Assembly: GCA_036636255.1 (NCBI GenBank)
Contig: JAVWOV010000002.1
Span: 1-28,805 of the forward strand
Reading direction: 5' to 3'
DNA: 28,805 nt
Origin: Bacilli bacterium
GTDB taxonomy: Bacteria > Bacillota_I > Bacilli_A > RF39 > UBA660
Of the stretch, positions 25,759 through 28,805 are shown one piece after another (the first letter of the stretch is position 1; each line of letters starts with the position of its first letter). The position numbers and the translations under genes are program-made. The notes beneath the pieces are model-generated. The model ran no database searches. It was not told the origin of the DNA and worked only from the letters and a program-made list of their open reading frames with translations.

Positions 25759-26374
25759 TGTTTTACTTAATTATAATAAGTATTTTTTTGATTTTTATGA
25801 ATGGAATTTAGGCGATGATATATATCATATTAGAAAGATACCTTTTTTTAAAGTACGAACAAAAGTGTTAGTTGATATTGTTAATAATGATGTTAAAATA
25901 GACAAAAAATTATTAGATAATTTTTTTGATAAAACAGAAATTTTTACAAAAAATGCAGTTAAAACTATTGATTATGCTTGTTTGTTTAGTGATTATAAAA
26001 AGGTGATTGGAGTTAAATTTAATTGTGACGGTGAAGTAATTGGTAAAAGTAGTTTGTTATTTTTAGAAGAGGATGAAGTTATTAAAGCGTGTAAAGGATT
26101 AAAGATTACTGATATTAGTTATGTCAATTTAAATTTACATAGTTCTTTATTTAAAACGAGAAAAGAAATAAAGATGCAATCATTTATTGAAAATAAAATA
26201 AAGATGGAAACTAATTTTGAAAAATTAAAATATTTATATTTTGATTGTTTTGGTAAATCGGAGGATAATATTAATAAGATTGTGGCAGATATTAATCAAG
26301 AAATTGTTTTTAATTGGGATAATATTTATTTAAAACTTTATAATTTTTTGAAATTAACATCGGTTAATAAATAG
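25742..26374 (+). CDS. Probable DUF3603/YjbA-like protein
   Basis: ATG 25742 after GGAGG; YIYDVLLNY...FYEW..GD.IYHIRKIPFFKV and KSSLLFLEEDEV resemble the YjbA pattern (from recall). Confidence 0.6.
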   Translation: MSYIYDVLLNYNKYFFDFYEWNLGDDIYHIRKIPFFKVRTKVLVDIVNNDVKIDKKLLDNFFDKTEIFTKNAVKTIDYACLFSDYKKVIGVKFNCDGEVIGKSSLLFLEEDEVIKACKGLKITDISYVNLNLHSSLFKTRKEIKMQSFIENKIKMETNFEKLKYLYFDCFGKSEDNINKIVADINQEIVFNWDNIYLKLYNFLKLTSVNK

Positions 26375-26404
26375 TTGTTTCTTTTATTGTTTTTGTGATA
26401 AAAT
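26375..26404 (+). promoter_or_regulatory. Putative sigma-A promoter of scpAB
   Basis: TTGTTT-18 nt-TAAAAT with extended TG. Confidence 0.5.
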
Positions 26405-26421
26405 AATAGTGGAGTGATTAT

Positions 26422-27144
26422 ATGGCTTATGAGGTTAAAATATCGGAGTTTGAGGGTCCTTTGGATTTGTTGATTCATTTAATTAAAAAGTCTAATATTG
26501 ATATATATGATATTAAAATTGAGGAGGTTACTAAACAATATTTGGCATATATTAAACAAATGGAGAAAATTAATTTGAATATTGCTAGTGAGTATTTGAT
26601 TATGGCAACAGAGTTGATAGAAATTAAATCAAATAGTTTGCTTCCAATTAAAGAAATTATAGCTGATGATGAGGAAGATCTTCGAAATAATTTGATTAGT
26701 CGTTTACTTGAATATAAAAATTATAAGGAAACAGTTAGCAGCTTTAAAAAACTTGAAGCTTTAAGAAAGTGCTTTTTTACAAAACCACCTAGTGATTTAG
26801 AAACTTGTGGGTTAGACATTAAACCGTTATTAAATGACGAACTAGTAGTTAATGATTTATTATTTGCTTTTAATAATGTTATGAAGCATAAGAAGTTTAT
26901 TGAACCAATATCAACTAGGGTAGTAAAGAGTCATTATGCTGTTAGCAAAAGAGTAGATGAGATAAGAAAGCAATTATTTCATAAAAAAAGAGTTGATTTT
27001 ATTGATTTATTTGATGTATTTACTAAGGAGTATTTTATTGTTACTTTTTTAGCTATGTTAGATTTAGCAAATAGGGAAGAAATTATTATTAAGCAAGATG
27101 ATAATTTTGAAAAAATTTTATTGATTTTAAAAGGAAGTGATTAG
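26422..27144 (+). CDS. scpA: Segregation and condensation protein A (kleisin)
   Basis: FEGPLDLLIHLIKK..IDIYDI, ASEYLIMATELIEIKS..LLP, LLEYKNYK, IVTFLAMLDL. Confidence 0.96.
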   Translation: MAYEVKISEFEGPLDLLIHLIKKSNIDIYDIKIEEVTKQYLAYIKQMEKINLNIASEYLIMATELIEIKSNSLLPIKEIIADDEEDLRNNLISRLLEYKNYKETVSSFKKLEALRKCFFTKPPSDLETCGLDIKPLLNDELVVNDLLFAFNNVMKHKKFIEPISTRVVKSHYAVSKRVDEIRKQLFHKKRVDFIDLFDVFTKEYFIVTFLAMLDLANREEIIIKQDDNFEKILLILKGSD

Positions 27145-27699
27145 ATGGATTTAAGAGGCGTGCTGGAGGGACTTTTGTTTGTTGTCGGTGATGATGGTTT
27201 GACAATGGAGGCAATTAAAAAGCTTATGAATATAAGTGATAAACAAGTTAAGGAACTTATTTTGTCTTTGCAGGATAGTTATCGTAGTAATCAACGTGGG
27301 ATTAAAATTGAGGTTTTAGGTTCTTCATTTAAGTTGGTAACAAAAAAGGAACACCACTTATTTTATCAAAAACTATTTGATGATGAGCAGGGTAATAGCT
27401 TGAGTCAGGCAGGGTTGGAGACTTTGGCTATTGTTGCCTATAATGAACCAATTACGCGAATGCAAATCGATGAAATTAGAGGGGTAAATAGTAGTTATGT
27501 TTTAAGAAAATTATCGGTTATAGGTCTTATTGCTTCTAAAGGCCGGTCTTCTTTGCCTGGGAAACCAATTGTTTATGGAGTTACAAAGCAATTTTTAGAT
27601 TATTTTGGTTTACAAACGATGGCTGATTTACCTAAGTTAGATCCGATTAAGGTTGATGATTTAAAAGAACATGATTTATTTAACAGCGAAAGAATTTAA
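27145..27699 (+). CDS. scpB: Segregation and condensation protein B
   Basis: LEGLLFVVGDDG, LSQAGLETLAIVAYNEPITRMQIDEIRGVNS, GKPIVYGVT..FLDYFGL; abuts scpA. Confidence 0.96.
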   Translation: MDLRGVLEGLLFVVGDDGLTMEAIKKLMNISDKQVKELILSLQDSYRSNQRGIKIEVLGSSFKLVTKKEHHLFYQKLFDDEQGNSLSQAGLETLAIVAYNEPITRMQIDEIRGVNSSYVLRKLSVIGLIASKGRSSLPGKPIVYGVTKQFLDYFGLQTMADLPKLDPIKVDDLKEHDLFNSERI

Positions 27700-27762
27700 A
27701 AATAAGTTTAGTGGTTTAATGTTAATTAATTTTTGGTTATTATTTAGAAGGGAGTAATAATA

Positions 27763-28641
27763 ATGTTATCAAGTAATAATTTAAAATCTCAAATCTTGGG
27801 TAGTATTGAAGATTTAGATTATGTGGTAATGGATAAAGAGGGAGATATTATTGATTCTAGTACTCAGGGATTAAAGCTATATCGTGATTTTATTATTAAT
27901 GATGTTAAATTTATGGGTAATTGTTATTATAAGGGAGAGTATTTTTTCCCTAATAATAACTGGTATGAATGTTCTAAAAAACAATTTAATGATAATTTGT
28001 GCTTAATTTGTTTTAAAAATATTACTAAATATAAAAGTAGGGAACAAGATTTACAAGTTGACAAGATGACAGGATTGCCTAATGCTAATTCGACTGATTG
28101 TTTGATTGATACTTGTATTGAGGATTCTTTAAATGCTGGGGAAGAGTTTGCCCTTGTTTTTGCTGATATTGATTTGTTTAAAACAATTAATGATGTATAT
28201 GGTCATGAATGTGGTGATTTAGTCCTTAAAAAAGTAGGACAATTATTTTTAAATAATACGCGGACAAAAAATATAAATGATAATTTGAAGCGTTCATTTG
28301 ATGTGGTTGGCCGTCGTGGTGGTGATGAGTTTTTGTTTCTTTTGCGCAACATTAGTTGTGATAATGCTGTTACGAAGTGCCGAATGTTAAGTGAATTAGT
28401 GTCGAAAATGGTAGTTATGTATGGGAAAAAAGCGATTGATATAACCATGACTTTTGGTTTATATCATGCTGATAAGAATAATTTAGTTGATAATATAGCA
28501 GTTGATGAAATTCGTAGTTTAATGATGCGTAAAGCTGACATTGCAATGTATAATGGTAAAAAGGATGGCCGCGATAAGGTTGTTTTATATGATGATACGA
28601 TGGCTAAGGGTAATAGCAAATTAAAAGTATATAAAGTTTAG
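27763..28641 (+). CDS. Diguanylate cyclase (short PAS-like N-terminal domain + GGDEF)
   Basis: DKMTGLPN, ADIDLFKTINDVYGHECGD, RSFD-VVGRR-GGDEF, ADIAMYNGKKDGRDKV; GGAG RBS. Confidence 0.92.
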   Translation: MLSSNNLKSQILGSIEDLDYVVMDKEGDIIDSSTQGLKLYRDFIINDVKFMGNCYYKGEYFFPNNNWYECSKKQFNDNLCLICFKNITKYKSREQDLQVDKMTGLPNANSTDCLIDTCIEDSLNAGEEFALVFADIDLFKTINDVYGHECGDLVLKKVGQLFLNNTRTKNINDNLKRSFDVVGRRGGDEFLFLLRNISCDNAVTKCRMLSELVSKMVVMYGKKAIDITMTFGLYHADKNNLVDNIAVDEIRSLMMRKADIAMYNGKKDGRDKVVLYDDTMAKGNSKLKVYKV

Positions 28642-28651
28642 TTTTAAATTT

Positions 28652-28670
28652 AATAAGTTGTCTTATTTTT
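28652..28670 (+). terminator. Weak intrinsic terminator after the GGDEF gene
   Basis: AATAAG/CTTATT hairpin followed by Ts; AT-rich. Confidence 0.4.
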
Positions 28671-28671
28671 A

Positions 28672-28805
28672 TGTCAATATCAAATGAAAATGTCATAAAA
28701 AATATTAAACATTAACAGAAAATTTTAAGCATATATATTACTTGTGTGTGCTTTTTCCATGTATCTTTTAAAAGAAGCAAGTTTCCAAGGATGACTCATT
28801 GATGG
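28672..28805 (-). mobile_element. Probable right end of an IS1202/ISNCY-type insertion sequence (terminal repeat plus transposase C-terminus)
   Basis: Minus-strand frame 28805..28725 reads PSMSHPWKLASFKRYMEKAHTSNIYA*, with the P..HPW tail recalled from these transposases. The end begins TGTCAATATCAAATGAAAATGTCA, with TGTCA repeated at 28672 and 28691. Confidence 0.55.

Noticed and set aside
18003-28448. Short ORF-track entries at 18003, 19735, 23764 and 28203
   Set aside because: Antisense shadows of serS, the TED protein, the acidic protein and the cyclase.
28645-28680. TTATGTCAAT as a XerD arm of a dif site
   Set aside because: No XerC arm at the right spacing; the match is better explained by the IS terminal TGTCAAT.
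1-28805. Mycoplasma genetic code 4, tRNA/rRNA genes, CRISPR array
   Set aside because: TGA ends several conserved genes at their expected lengths and Trp is TGG; no cloverleaf, rRNA-like segment or repeat-spacer array was found.

Overview
Very AT-rich, mostly housekeeping chromosomal segment of a genome-reduced, low-GC Bacillota (Bacilli-like; the gene set and sequence style suggest an uncultured RF39/Erysipelotrichia/Acholeplasma-type gut organism, which is an inference). It uses genetic code 11: TGA terminates prfA, ABC ATPase 1, the ATP-grasp gene and yceD. In order: frameshifted IS110 remnant; argS-rpoE-prfA-prmC; coiled-coil orphan plus polC; an ABC ATPase-permease-ABC ATPase cassette; an ATP-grasp ligase; rpsD with its S4 leader; an orphan; T-box-controlled serS; a thioester-domain adhesin with its own sortase; mutM; tmcAL; yceD-rpmF; a type IV pilin-like gene; a tail-anchored acidic protein; uppP-RNHCP; a small membrane protein plus a YjbA/DUF3603-like gene; scpAB; a PAS-like/GGDEF cyclase; and the probable end of an IS1202/ISNCY-type element. 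The most striking observation is that ribosomal protein L32 is encoded with a 9-residue N-terminal leader (MLKLDIQRF|AVP). This matches the Prp-protease cleavage leader known from Firmicutes L27 and phage capsid/scaffold proteins, suggesting a second proteolytically matured ribosomal protein. Second is a stalk-less thioester adhesin with a non-canonical LPKTN sorting signal and a cognate sortase. No rRNA, tRNA or CRISPR was seen. Family assignments come from motif recognition, not database searches.
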